Shown here in pieces: positions 12,691 to 26,682 of a DNA stretch of 64,000 nt; position 1 is the first letter of the stretch, and each line of letters opens with the position of its first letter. The DNA is taken from assembly GCA_043228905.1 (NCBI GenBank), contig JBHGNT010000003.1:19096001-19160000 (forward strand). The letters run 5' to 3'. Origin of the DNA: Azolla caroliniana (taxonomy: Eukaryota; Plantae; Polypodiophyta). The notes under the pieces were generated by a model, which saw only the letters and a program-made list of their open reading frames with translations, searched no databases and was not told where the DNA came from. The position numbers and the translations under genes are program-made.

Positions 12691-14843
12691 ACTCACATTA
12701 TTGTTGTATTTAAGTCAACTTATTGCTATCATTCACATGACCATGACAGGGAGTGGGTGGCCTCTCGCAATTCACTAAGGCCAACAATGTTGGGATAGGC
12801 TTGAGGGTGACAACTAATTCTAGATTAGGTATGTCAATCTTTGGGGCCACGTACTACATGTTTTGAGTGTTTAGTCTGATGTTAGATTCATGTATACATT
12901 CGACTATCCAAGTAAACAACTGTAAAATTGGAAGCAATTGCAAAACATTTGACTCAATTCCAAGCTACTGTCACATGAACAATGGTGCAAGAAAAGTTAT
13001 CTTGAACAACTTGCCAACCAAGTTGAATGAGTGTCTCATGTGGGTATTACTAGCGCCTACACAACTGCTCCACAACTTGTCAACACAGTCGATGAAGACA
13101 CCACCATGGTGTATGTCACCATTGACTTGTCATCTTTGCCGGGCTCAAACAATATTGACACAAGCACATCACACTTTACTAGAAGAAGATGTATCATCCC
13201 TTTAAGTTTTCCAACACTTTGTTGGCAATAAACTAGAAGATCTCAATGATAATGTGGGTGTGAAAAGTAATTACCGAGACGGTTTGTACAAGAAAAAAAC
13301 CGATTACATGTGAATGTGAAGCAGAACAATAAGCATTTTAAACTTGGAGAGGTGTCCCAAATTTTTTTTAAGCTACTTCTTTGTAATTTTTTCTATTCAT
13401 CATTCATTGCTTCTTTATTTACTATCAATTATTTAGTTTTTATGTATTCATTAGCAATTAATCAATTTGTGTCACTTGTGAACTTCAAGTTAATTAACAA
13501 CATATTTTGGCCATTCCTATTGATACTTGTGACCTTCAAGTTAATTAAGAACATACTTTGGCCATTAGAGATAATATGCTCTACAATGTATATGTTATGA
13601 GGATTCATCTGTATAGAAACAATGATTAGTAGCATCTACGCACAATTCGTTTCAGAAATCCATTCGTTTGTGCACTAATCTTACTTAAACGCCATTGGTT
13701 AACCCTTGGATTAGAAAAAGAGATCCCAAAATCCCAAAATCTCCTTTCTAAAAATTTTGAACCCAAACTTCTTAGTTCTAGTTTTAGTTACATCTGAGAT
13801 CATTTCTATTTCTGGGACCTGATTTATGCATGATGGTTCTTTATCCATTATGCACTGATTTATTGACATCACTCCAAATACATTTAGATGCTTACTGCCA
13901 TCATTAGAATTTGCTTAGCAATTTTCTGAACGGTTAGAATGCCAAAATTATATAGGATATATAGAACATCCTCTTATTACATTAAAACATGCAATCTCAA
14001 GCTACATTATTTGAATCAGTAACAATGCCAATTATGATTGTATGAATATGTATTGGAGGCAATCATGAAAACCCAATTGAAAACTCTTAATGAGTGTCCT
14101 GATAGATAGTGAGAAAGGCCAAAAAGGTATTCTCACTATTTATCACTAGGTATATAACCTAATAAGAAACGAGGGGTTATGCCCCCGCTAAAACATTTTT
14201 GTGTCTTCTTCTTTTCTTTATCTATGTTGTCTCTTGTGTGTTGTTCACCATTTTTCTGCAGGAAAAACAACAGCTCGTCCGTTTCCCATTCCTCCTCCAA
14301 CAGTGGTATTAGAGCTCAGGACTACGTGAAGACATTGTCTTTGGTAGAAATCATTCGGTTTCTCTGTCTTTGCTCCTCTATGTATGTTGTTTTACCAGAA
14401 CTCGTCGAACATAGGTAATATCTAGTACTTGCTTGCTACTATTGCAGCTCATTTTCACCCTTTTGTGAGCCATTTTTGCTCTGGAACACACCATTCAAGA
14501 GGTGTTTTCCCCTCTTTTTCGACCTGGAGTTCTCAAAAACAAGGATTGTTTCTAGTATTCAAAAGAGAGGATTTACATGTTAAATGCTTGCTCACCTGGG
14601 GTGAGATTGTGAAACTGGAAGTTGCGTTTTAGTTACATTCCATTTACCTTTTTGGCTAAAATATGAGTGACTCAGCATTGTTCTTAGGTGAACCCACAAA
14701 ACTCTTGTTTTTTTGGGGGGCCTAGTTACACATACATACCTTTTGAACACGATGATAGTTATACTTGAGACCTACAAGTGAGTAGCGTCCCAACTATCAT
14801 TAGGTGCTTAAAGTTGCAATCAACTAGGTTTACTTACCACCCA

Positions 14844-16026
14844 ATGGCTTCTGAAATGTCTGAGGTTTTGAGTACCTCACATGGTGGTTCCTTTAATTCC
14901 CATAGAAATCACTCTATGAATGGAAAAAACCACCTTGAGATCCGCAAATTTGACGGATGCAACTTTGCCTTGTGGAAGAATCAAATGAGAGATGTTCTGA
15001 TTCATAGGAGGCAATTAAGGCCATTAGGTGGCGAAGCCAAGAGACCCGAGGGCATGACCTAGGACGATTGGGAAGAGCTAGATCTCTTGGAAATATCTAC
15101 TATAAGTTTGCACCTAGTTGACAATGTATACTTCACGGTCTTGGACTGTGACTTAGCTGAAATGTTATGAACTAAACTATGTAGTACATACGAAAAAGAG
15201 ACCGCATCAAATAAAGTTTAATATCTAATGAGAAAATTTTATGATCTTCGAATGAAGGACAATGATAGTGTCGCCTCTCATTTGAATGATTTTGATGTAC
15301 TACGGTCACAATTACAGACTCAAAAAATGACTATGGACGATGAGCTAAAATATGTATTTCTATTATGCACTTTGCCTAGCTCATGGGACACATTTTGCAG
15401 CACTATTAGCGCTAGTGCACCAAATGGGAAATTATTCTATAATGACATATGTGGAGCACTATTGGGTGAAGAAATTCGTAGGAAATCTGTGATTGCATCA
15501 CATAATGGAGATGCATATAATGTTTATGACATTGATTCTCGCAAGAACCAACACCGTGGTAGGAGCCAAACGAGAAATAGTAGTGGAAATGATAGAGGTA
15601 GAAGCAAATATAGGAAGAAAAACATGGAGTGTCATTATTGCCATAAAAAGGGACACCTCAAGAAAGATTGTTATGCCCTACAAAATAAGGAGAAAGATAA
15701 TGCTAGATTCAAAGGTGATGGGCATGAAAGACAATCTAGTGGTCCCTCTTCCTCTGTGGAAATAGAGGAAGTAAATGCAAGATGTGATGAGACAGACATG
15801 TTGGTCTTAGATGATATTAGCACACATGCTGGGGTGAATATGGTTTTTTCTCCATCACATACGTGGTTGTTGGACTCCGGTGCATCATTCCATGTGACTC
15901 CACATAGAGAGTGGTTCACATGTTATGAAGCCAAGTCACTTGGGAAAGTTAGACTTGGAGACTCACATCAATGTGATGTGATTGGCATTGGAGATATCTC
16001 AATGCACTTTAGTAATAGTTCTCATT
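14844..16026 (+). pseudogene. Copia A gag-protease (5' part of polyprotein)
   Basis: KFDGCNFALWK, LPSSWDTF, zinc knuckle CHYCHKKGHLKKDC, protease WLLDSGASFH; in-frame stops. Confidence 0.9.
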
Positions 16027-16100
16027 TGTTGGGAGACAGGTCCCTTCGGATGGGAAGGGAGAAGAACAGTGCCGATGAACAAACTCGGCCGAGGCTGAAA

Positions 16101-16424
16101 CCGGATGAGGAGTACCCGGCTACGGAGAGCCGGATGGTGCAGACCCGGTGAAGATCGGATGAGGAGTACCCGGCTACGGAGAGCCGGATGGTACAGACCC
16201 TGTGAGAACCGGATGAGGAGTACCCGGCTACGGAGAGCCGGATGGTACAGACCCGGTGAGAACCGGATGAGGAGTACTCGGCTACGGAGAGCCGGATGGT
16301 GCAGACCCAGTGAAGACCGGATGAGGAGTACCCGGCTACGGAGAGCCGGATGGTACAGACCCGGTGAGATCCGGATGAGGAGTACTCGGCTACGGAGAGC
16401 CGGATGGTGCAGACCCGATGAGAA
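16101..16424 (+). repeat. 54-bp tandem repeat x6 in U3 of the Copia B 5' LTR (x2 at 21054-21161 in the 3' LTR)
   Basis: Unit ccggatgaggagtacccggctacggagagccggatggtRcagacccggtgagaa starts at 16101, 16155, 16209, 16263, 16317 and 16371. Confidence 0.95.
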
Positions 16425-16903
16425 CCGGATGAAGAGACATATTCGTAAATATGTTTCTGAGAGTCCATCATGGCTATATTTGTAAATAGCCGAAAAGTCA
16501 TATTAGTATAAATATGACTTAGGGCAAACTTTTAGTCGTCATTCTTGTCTACGCGAGACCAGAGTGCGTAACAGTGTACAGAGAGTGAGAGAGAGAGGAA
16601 GAGGTCGTTGCCTCTGATTGTAACCGCCGCCTGTGGCGAAGATCGTGAGCACGAGGTCGTTGCCTCCGTGAACTCACTGTTGTACATTCTAACATAGTGA
16701 TAGTTTGCAGCCTGTGGGCTGCCGTGGTTTTTTCCCTAGTTTGGGTTTTTCCACGTAAACATCCTGTGTACTCATCTCTTTTCTGTGTCGAACATCTATT
16801 TCCCGTTTTCTGTGTATGATTCTAAGCTTGGTTGTGGCCGAGCATTGCGTATAGGGAGCGTGCAACTCCTGTCAAGTGGTATCAGAGCAAAACGACACAA
16901 AAA

Positions 16904-19900
16904 ATGGACGATTCGTTGGGAGGCATGTTTAAGCTCATCGGCTCCAATTATTCGGTATGGAAGTCGAATATGAGGGACATGCTCGTGGTTAAAGACTTCT
17001 GGTTGCCGGTTCAGTTCGGGGACAAGAGACCGGACAAAATCGACGCCGCGATATGGGAGGTGATGCACATGAAGACAACGACATACATACGGTGCTTCAT
17101 CGACATGAGCCTATACAACAACTTCAATGAAGAGAGCAAGGCTCATGAGCTCTGGAAGAAGATCGGCATTATGTTTCAGAACAAAAGTGTTGTTAATCAG
17201 GTTTCGGTATTCCGGAAGCTAGTAAGACTCCGGTACCAAGATGGCTCCAGCATGGCGGAGCACATGAATGCCTTCCAGGGGCTGATCCACCAGGCAACTT
17301 CATTGGAAGTACCTCTCGCCGACGAGGTACTAGCACTACTCCTGCTCGGTTCCCTCCCGGATAGCTGGGAGACGTTGGTTGTCAATTTGGGCAACGCCGG
17401 GCCGGAAGGAAAGCGGTTATCCCTAGCAAGAGTAAAGTCGAGCTTGCTAGATGAGGAGGCGCATCGGAAAGATAAAGATACGAGCTCCGGCTCCAAAGCG
17501 CTCCTTACCGAATCGGAACGCGGAAGACATAGAAACCGTAGTCCCCAGAACCGGGAGAAGTCGGGGACACGATCAAAGTCAAGGGGGAGGCCTACTTGCT
17601 TCTATTGCGACAAGCCGGGACACTTCCAAAAGAACTGTTGGCATTTCCGAAAAGATAAGGAGACCGATGGTACCGATTCGAAGCAGACCCCGGATCGGAA
17701 CGACAAAGACCGAAGGGGGCCGGACCGGAAGGGAACGACAGCAAGTGAAGAAGAGTTGATGCTCATCACCAAGGAGAGTGAGATAAACCTTGCCGGCAAC
17801 GAGATGACCTGGGTGGTAGACTCTGGAGCGTCGTTCCACCTTTCCCCGGACCGGAAATGCTTCTCATCCTACTCGGCCGGTGATCACGGCTGTGTTCGGA
17901 TGGAGAATGAAGGTACATGCAGAATTGTCGGCATAGGAGACGTGTGGCTGTCAACACCAACCGGATGCAAGTTGTTGCTGAAGGATGTTCGACACGTTCC
18001 GGAGGTTCGACTGAACCTGATATTAGCCGGTCGGCTAGATGATGAAGGCTACACGGGTAGCATCCAGAACGGTGTCATGAAGTTCAGCAAAGGGAGCCTG
18101 ATTGTGGCTCGGGCCCGGAAGGTAAACACGTTATACCTCATGAATGCCCGGTTATGTCCGGAGGAAGTGAACATGGCATCCGACACTGCCGGTGAGCTGT
18201 GGCACAAAAGGCTGTGTCACATGAGCGAGAAGGGGATGAAGAGGCTTGCAGACGACAACCTCATTCCAGTGAAGAACGTGCACTTGGAGAAGTGCACTGA
18301 TTGTCTGGCCGGTAAGCAAAACCGGACCTCTTTCCGACCAAGACCACCGATGAGACGTAATGCACCACTGGAGTTGGTGCATACGGATGTGTGTCAAGTA
18401 GACACGAAGTCACATGCCAGAGCACAGTACTTCGTGACGTTCATAGATGACCACAGCCGGAAGCTGTGGGCCACACCGTTGAAGACGAAGGATCAGGTGC
18501 TATCCGTCTTCAAAGAGCTCCACGTGAGAGTGGAAAGAGAAACCGGCCGGAAGTTGAAGGCGGTTCGAGCAGATAACGGAGGAGAATACCTGGGGCAGTT
18601 CGAGGAGTACTACCACTCGAAGGGAATCCGGCTCGAATTTACCGTGCCGAAGACGCCGGAACTAAACGGACTGGCCGAGAGGATGAACCGGACCATAATG
18701 GAGAGGGTTCGGAGTATGCTAGCGCATGCAAAACTACCCAAGAAGTTTTGGGTTGAGGCATTGTCGACGGCGACATATGTGATAAATAGATCACCCTCAG
18801 TACCCTTGGAAGGAGACACGCCACAAAGAGTATGGACCGGTAAGGAAGTATCCTACCGACATTTGAAGGTGTTCGGGTGTCCTGCGTACGTGCATGTAGC
18901 TAAGGACCGGAGAGGAAAGTTAGATCCAAAGACCCGGCCATGCATATTCCTCGGTGATGGTGACGATGAGTTCGACTACCGAGTGTGGGACCTGGTCGAC
19001 AAGAAGGTATTCTAGAGCCGAGATATTATCTTCATAGAGGACAAGACACTTGCCGACTGGGAGTCGGAGAAGAAGATAATGAGCTCCGAGTCGACCGGTA
19101 AGGATAGACTCTACAATGAACAGACCCAACTGGCAAGAGACCGGTTAGCACTCGAGGAGCCAGCCGGTTATGGTGAGGATATCGAACTGGCAGAAGAAGA
19201 AGTAGAGGAAGCTGAAACCGGAACCGGCCAAGACCCTGAATCAGATTCGGATGAAGAGCAAATAGAGGAGCCGGATACCGAAGCCTGAAGATGGAGATAT
19301 CCTCTCAGAGAGAGAAGGGCGCCCCGGAGATTTCCGGATGCAGAGCATGTTCTGCTGACCGATGAGGGGGAGCCGGAAAGCTTCGAAGAAGCGAAGGATG
19401 ACACCCACAGCCGCAAATGGTTAAGTGCCATGCAGGATGAGATGGATTCCCTACATGAGAACCATACGTACGAATTGGTGGAGTTGCTGAAAGGAAAGCG
19501 GGCACTCCGAAATAAGTGGGTCTACAAGTTGAAACCGGGAGATGCGGGCAACCCCCCGAGATACAAAGTCAGGATCGTGGTGAAGGGGTTCCAGCAGAAG
19601 AAGGGCGTGGACTTCGACGAGATATTTGCCCCGGTAGTAAAGATGACCTCCATCTGGATGGTGCTGACTATAGCGGCAAGCATGGACCCCGAGGTAGAGC
19701 AGTTGGACATGAAGACAACATTCCTTCACGACGACCTCGAAGAGGAGATCTACATGCAGCAACCAGAAGGATTTGTGGAGAAAGGGAAGGAGCACCTGGT
19801 ATGCCAGCTGAAGAAGAGCCTGTACGGACTAAAGCAGGCTCCCCGACAATGGTACCGGAAGTTCGATTCCTTCATGACCGATCAAGGGTACCACAAGACG

Positions 19901-20969
19901 CAGGCCGATCACTGCGTGTTTGTGAAGAAGTTCGAAGGAGGCGACTTCCTGATACTCCTTCTGTACGTGGACGACATGTTGATCGTCGGACGGGACCAAG
20001 TCAAAATACGGATGCTGAAGAAGGTTGTCAACCGGACCTTCTCAATGAAAGACTTGGGTTCGGCAAGACAGATGTTGGGGATGCATATTATCTGGAACCG
20101 GTCAGTGAAGCAATTATGACTATCACAGGAGAAGTACGTGACAAAAGTGCTTCACCGGTTCAACATGTCAGATGCTGCTTCACCGGTTCAACATGTCAGA
20201 TGCAAAACCGGTCGAATCGACATTTCCGGCAAACTGCAGGTTATCCGGTAAGCAAAGCCCGAAGACGAAAGCAGAGAAGGCGGATATGATAAAGATTCCA
20301 TATGCCTCTACCGTCGGGAGCTTAATGTACACAATGGTGTGTACCCGACCGGATATAGGATACGCAGTTGGAGTGGTGAGCCGGTTCATGAGCAATCCCG
20401 GCAAGAAGCACTGGAACGCGGTCAAATAGATACTCCGATACTTGAGGGGCACTTCGCATATGTGTCTCCGAATCGGCTCCAGAAAACCTCAACTTGACGG
20501 TTTTACCGATTCGGACATGTCGGTTGATGTGGATACCAGCCGGTCCACATCCGGGTATGTAATGACATATGCAGGGGGAGCTGTTTCGTGGCAGTCGAGG
20601 CTGCAGAAGACGGTTGCGTTGTCAACCATAGAGGCGGAGTACATGGCGGCTGTGGAAGCCGACAAGGAAATATTATGGATGAAGGACTTCATCGGAGAGC
20701 TCGGTATCCGGCAAGATGAATACCGGCTCTATTGCGATAATTAAAGTGCCATCCATCTTGCTAAGAATGCGGCCTACCATTCCCGGACAAAGCATATCCA
20801 GCGAAGATATCACTGGATCCGGGAAAGAGTAGATGACCAGGAGTTCGCACTGACGAAGATCCACACGGCCGAGAACGGGTCAGATATGCTGACCAAAGTG
20901 CTGATACCCGACAAGCTGAATGCATGCCGGAAGAGAATTGGACTGGTAAGACACCCCATGCCGGAGTGA
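16904..20969 (+). pseudogene. Copia B gag-pol polyprotein (disrupted)
   Basis: CFYCDKPGHFQKNC, WVVDSGAS, LWHKRLCH, HTDV..FIDD..ADNGGEY, RT YVDDM, RNase H TDSDM..YCDN; stops at 19013, 19286, 20117, 20427 and 20742; 28-bp duplication at 20148-20203. Confidence 0.93.
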
Positions 20970-21613
20970 AGGGGGAGTTTGTTGGGAGACAGGTCCCTCC
21001 GGATGGGAAGGGAGAAGAACAGTGCCGATGAACGAACTCGGCCGAGGCCGAAACCGGATGAGGAGTACCCGGCTACGGAGAGCCGGATGGTACAGACCCG
21101 ATGAGATCCGGATGAGGAGTACTCGGCTACGGAGAGCCGGATGGTGCAGACCCGGTGAGAACCGGATGAAGAGACATATTCGTAAATATGTTTCTGAGAG
21201 TCCATCATGGCTATATTTGTAAATAGCCAAAAAGTCATATTAGTATAAATATGACTTAGGGCAAACTTTTAGTCGTTATTCTTGTCTACGCGAGACCAGA
21301 GTGCGTAACAGTGTACAGAGAGTGAGAGAGAGAGGAAGAGGTCGTTGCCTCTGATTGTAACCGCCGCCTGTGGCGAAGATCGTGAGCACGAGGTCGTTGC
21401 CTCCGTGAACTCACTGTTGTACATTCTAACATAGTGATAGTTTGCAGCATGTGGGCTGCCGTGGTTTTTTCCCTAGTTTGGGTTTTTCCACGTAAACATC
21501 CTGTGTACTCATCTCTTTTTTGTGTCGAACATCTATTTCCCGTTTTCTGTGTATGATTCTAAGCTTGGTTGTGGCCGAGCGTTGCGTATGGGAGCGTGCA
21601 GCTCCTGTAAAGT

Positions 21614-24422
21614 TCATCTTACCATTAAAGAGGTATGCCATGTTTCTCAACTAACTCGTAGTCTAATGTCCGTTGGTCAACGTGATGACAATGGATAGAA
21701 GGTGATATTTTCTTCCCAATCCTTTCGTATAACAAAAGGAAATATGATTACAGTTGCAAAAGGGAACAAAGTTGGTTCCCTCTTCCCTCTATTTGCTCAC
21801 CAAAAAGAGCATTTGTAAGTTCTTACAGACCAGCCAATAATGAGCATTTGGCATGGCGGTTTAGGTCACATGTCATGAAATGGCACAAAAGTTTTCCCTC
21901 GTTATGGCTACTTACCTAAGTTGTCATTCTCTGATTTTGCATTATGTGAACATTGTCAACATGGTAAGCAAACCAGAAGTGCACATAAGACCAGTCTTAA
22001 CTCATCCACTAGACCATTGGATCTTATTCACACGGATGTTTGTGGACCTATTCCCACAAGATCTTTGGGTGATGCGTTGTATTTTGTTACTTTCATTGAT
22101 GATGCCGCTACGAAAGTTTGGGTTTATCCAATTAAGGTAAAGGATGATGTATACCATACTTTCAGAAAATGGCTTAGTTCGGTTGAGTTGGAATGGGACA
22201 TAAAGCTTAAGGCTTTACGTTTGGACAATGGAGGTGAGTATACCTCTCATGAATTTGGTGACTTTTGTAAGTCTAGAAGCATTCGGAGAGAGTTTACAAC
22301 TCCTTACACCCCTGTCCAAAATGGTGTGACTAGAACCATCCAAGACAGATTTGTCTCTATGCTACACCATGCAAACCTCTCGCAAGGTTTTTGGGCAGAC
22401 ATTGTTTTAACAACATACCATGTGATTAATCTATCACCGAATACAACCATAGGTCTAAAAGTGGCACAAGAGTTGTGGACAGGCAAGACACCGCATTATG
22501 CGCATCTTATAGTTTTTGGATGTGAAGCATATGTACATGTTCCAAAAACTTTAAGAAAGAAATTGGTCTATAAATGTAGAAAATGTATATTCCTTGGTTA
22601 CGGAATTGATGGGCAGTTTGGAATTGACACACGTACTATGGTTAGAAGTAGTGATGTTGTTTTTTATGAGAACAAAATGCATAAACAACCTGTAAAGGAT
22701 TTAGAAGTGAGAAAGGTTGTGTTTAAAGATATTATGCCTTATGTTGATGTAAAACAGAAAAATCTTATTGATGTAGATGCCTCTATATGTGGTCAATCAC
22801 AAAAAACTGTTATTGGTTAGTATGATGATGCCCCAAATGATGATGCTCAGCACAATGATGTGCTAAACAATTATTTTCAGCAAGAATATTCTCAGAATGA
22901 TGTTTCTCATGCACAACCTGATGGTATTCAAGTTCAGGAAGCATTGAGGAGATCCACCCGTGTCTCCAAAGCACCTAGTAAATTTATTGATTATGTAATG
23001 CTATCAGATGCCAGTGAGCCTTCATGTTACAATGAAGCCATATTTGTTCACGATCATGCTAAATGGAAACAAGCAATGCAAAATGAGTTGGATAGTATCC
23101 ATAAGAATGGAACTTGGGATTTAGTGCCTTTGCAAAAAGGTAGGAAAGCACTATCGTGTAAATGGGTGTATAAATACAAATACACATCCGATAGTGTTCA
23201 TCCCAAGTATAAAGCTCGTATTGTGGCAAAAGGTTTTAAACAAGAACAAGGAGTCGATTTCGATGAAATCTTCTTTCCGGTAGTCAAGATGACTACGTTA
23301 CGCATGATGCTTGCATTGATTGCCAAGACTCATCTTGATTTATTTCAAATGGATGTAAAAACTATTTTTTTGCATGGAGATCTCAACGAAGAGATCTATA
23401 TGGAGCAACCAAAGGGTTTCGAAGTTTATGGGGAAATGCCTTCGGTGTGTAAACTTAAGAAAAGTTTATATGGTCTTAAGCAATCACCTCAAAAATGGTA
23501 TAAAAAATTTGATGCTTTTATGAGGTCCCAAAGTTATGCTAGGAGTAATGAAGACTCATGCTTATATACGAAGAAATGTATAGATGACTCATATGTGATT
23601 TTAATACTCTATGTAGATGACATGCTCATTGCCTGTAAGAACAAGGATGAGTTATCCAAACTAAAGAAAAATCTGAGTCTAACCTTCGATATGAAAGATT
23701 TTGGAAATGCTAAACACATCCTTGGAATGCATATTACTCAGGATAGGAGTAATGGATGTATTTATTTGTCTCAATCTGAGTATGTATGCAAAATATTTAA
23801 GAGGTTTAATATGGAGAATGCAAAACCTTTGAGCACTCCATTATCCATGCATGTTAAATTGACCAAAGATGAATGCCCCAATTCTGATCATGAAAAAGAG
23901 TTCATGACTAAAATTCCTTACCAGTCTGCTAGGTGTATTTGTTTAGGTGGCGGAAATCTATCCATTATTGGATATACATACTCTGATTATGCTGGTTGTT
24001 CTGACTATAGAAAATCCACCTCAGAGTATATTTTTCAGTTTATGGGAGGTGCCATATCTTGGAGATCTCGTCTCCAAGAATGTACTGCTCTGTCCACTAC
24101 AAAAGCAGAGTATGTTGTAGCTAGCGAAACATGCAAGGAAGCCATATGGCTGTCCAAATTAGCTTGTGACATGGGCATACCTAAACTTGTACCCATACTG
24201 TTTTGTGATAGTCAGAGTGCCATTGCATTGGCTAAAAACCCAGTATACCATGCAAAGACCAAGCACATTGGAGTGCGATATCACTTCATTCGAGAATGCA
24301 TAGTTGTTGGCTACATTAGTCTTGAGAAAGTTGTCTCTCAAGAAAATGTCACAGATGCATTGACCAAAGCTCTACCGCATGATGCGCTAGAGCATTGTTG
24401 CCACTTGGTGGGAATTACTTAG
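21614..24422 (+). pseudogene. Copia A integrase-RT-RNase H (3' part of polyprotein)
   Basis: IHTDVCGP, FIDD, LDNGGEY, KARIVAKGF, LYVDDMLI, YSDYAG, FCDSQSA, DALTK; deletion between RT and RH; stops. Confidence 0.92.
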
Positions 24423-25647
24423 GTGTTCAAGATACACACATGTTTTGTATATTGTGTAACATACTCATAAAGTAGGATGTGTAGGTCTTGTCCAATCTTC
24501 CCATCAACTTTGTTGATCCCTTTTTTGGCCTTTAGTGGGAGATTGATAGATAGTGAGAAAGGACAAAAAGGTAATTCTCACTATTTATCAGTAGGTATAT
24601 AACCTAATAAGAATCGAGGGTTTGTGCCCCCGCCAAAACATTTTTATGTATTTGTCTTTTCTTTTTCTGTGTTGTCTCTTGTGTGCTGTTCATCATTTTT
24701 CTGCAGGAAAAACAACAGCTCGTCCGCGTCCCGTTGCTCCTCCAACATGTCCTTACTTGTGAATGTGGTTGTGCATACTATACATACCCAAGAACTATAT
24801 GCCTAATTGAGGAATTGTTTTATGAAATGGGTTCATGAAATCAAGTAACAACATTTTTTTCCGAGTCTAAGAGATCTTTTTTGTTAGCCGAAGAGAAAGT
24901 ATGTTTAAATGGTTGGGAAAGGAATTGTGAGCACAACTAAGAATCGTGTGTATGATTGAGGATGGAAATGTCAAGAACCACGAGTGACTTAGGGCCCCAT
25001 GTGGACAATAGAAATGTCCCAAGACCTTAAGTTATCGTCCTACTAGAGCTAATGCAAAACATGATCAATATAATGAGTCTGCAGATTTGAGTATAATGTG
25101 GATGTTAGCTAGAAAGCTCATCTTCAAGTCTTTGAGAGCAACTAATCCGCGTAGGCAAGGGATTCTAATTGGCAAAATAAGTACTAGTAATTATGAATAA
25201 TTAGTATTGTATTTATGCATGTGATTGAAGGAAACGATTACCTTATAAGTAGACAAACACAAGGGTCCCATGTGCTAAAGCACAAGCGTTGCCCTACTCC
25301 AAAATGCCTAAGGTCCAATAGGACTCACATGATTCTTGTTGGTCAAAAGCAATATAAATATTGCCTATTTATATTTGGCCATTTATGATGTAGAATATTC
25401 AATGCTCATTCTTGTTTGGAAGAGGCACCAATCACGATCATCATTGCTTGATAGCTTCTTGAATCTTAATTCCTACTTATAAAAACATGGTCCTCTTAAT
25501 AATGTAATGGTGTATATACGCGTCTTCCCAACCTCCACTCTTAACATATTGGACTTGCAATTGAATGTATTCGACAATGACTTAAAATCTAGGCCACAAC
25601 CTTGTCTTACTAACATCAAGTGAAGTAGGCCACTTTATGGATTGTGT

Positions 25648-26110
25648 ATTATCTATCCTTCACATCATTGTCTATCCTCCACATTATTATCTATCCTTCA
25701 CATCATTGTCTATCCTTCACATTATTATCTATCTATATATACCTTTATCTATATGTAGCCATATACAAATCACATACAAGCACTAACTAACTCACTCACT
25801 CACACACACACACACACACACACACATTTCATTTAGGATGGGTGGGAAATTAATATAGGATGCATATTTATATATTCAGCATGTGTTCCTTCCCATATCA
25901 AATTACATTCTAAAAGTCTCACTAAATGAATATAACTCTTCTGAATATTTTGGGGCCCTTGCAATAATTGTTGTAGAGTCGCCTTACGGATCATTATTGA
26001 TTTCATAACTCAAGAGTTGCATTAAGAATCATTATTAGTTTTATAACTCAAGTGTTGCATTAAGAATCATTATTGGTTTCATCACTCAAGAGTTGCATTA
26101 TAAATCATTG
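25648..26110. repeat. Minisatellites and microsatellite: ~19-bp unit x~5, (CA)n at ~25800-25826, ~38-bp unit x3 at ~25990-26110
   Basis: Units attatctatccttcacatc and atcattattgrtttcataactcaagagttgcattaaga read directly. Confidence 0.8.
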
Positions 26111-26634
26111 TGAATCATCAGTCGAGAGTATCACACCTAGTAATTACACAATTCCATTCGATTATTGTCAACATAATAATGTCTTTCTCGTTTGTGGGTG
26201 GCCATGGATGCAACAATGTGACCATGGGCCATATCCACTCTCAAAGAACTTGAATCAACCTATGCACGAGTTGTTATGTGGCCTACACAAATGAATCTCA
26301 CGAACCAAAGAAGGGAGGAAGGAGGATCAAAGAAAAACCGAAAACACAAACACAATTCCTTTTGGCTGCACACATGCCATACCATAATATTTTTTCTCAC
26401 ATTTTTACCCTATAGGCTATACACACAATTGAACTTCTATTATTGCATTTTTAGCCCTTTCTCGCATAATAAAAGTGAAAAATCTCTCATCAAAGGCCAA
26501 AAATGGTGAACATGATGGGAAGATTGTGCTAAGTAACACCAACCAAGTGACGACAACGCTGTGGTAATGTGACGTGCCAAAGGTGGGAAATGTGTGAAAA
26601 TATGAATCATAAGGCATGGAGTGAAAGCATGTGT

Positions 26635-26679
<45 letters not shown>

Positions 26680-26682
<3 letters not shown>

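Larger units (their letters stand above)
16027..21613 (+). mobile_element. Nested GC-rich Ty1/Copia element B
   Basis: 5' LTR 16027-16874, PBS tggtatcagagc 16877-16888, PPT gaagggggag, 3' LTR 20980-21610; TSD tcatt/tcatc; the host reading frame (SNSSH|LTIKEV) rejoins when it is removed. Confidence 0.95.
14100..24747 (+). mobile_element. Full-length decayed Ty1/Copia element A with short (~204-bp) LTRs
   Basis: LTRs 14100-14302 and 24544-24747; perfect TSD tgtcc; PBS tggtattagagc (tRNA-iMet) at 14304; PPT agtgggagat; interrupted by Copia B. Confidence 0.95.

Noticed and set aside
13630-13930. Possible terminal exon on the minus strand
   Set aside because: Contains a stop and an apparent frameshift, and I recognise no family.
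16022-16501. Repetitive ORFs on both strands (also 20810-21238 and 53496-53765)
   Set aside because: Translation artefacts of the 54-bp LTR repeat, which is a multiple of 3.
17197-20452. Many antisense and alternative-frame ORFs in Copia B
   Set aside because: Expected shadows of a GC-rich coding sequence; no recognisable domains.
25250-25265. 15-bp inverted match to the repeat near position 50 (tagacaaacacaagg)
   Set aside because: Too short to establish a shared element without alignment.
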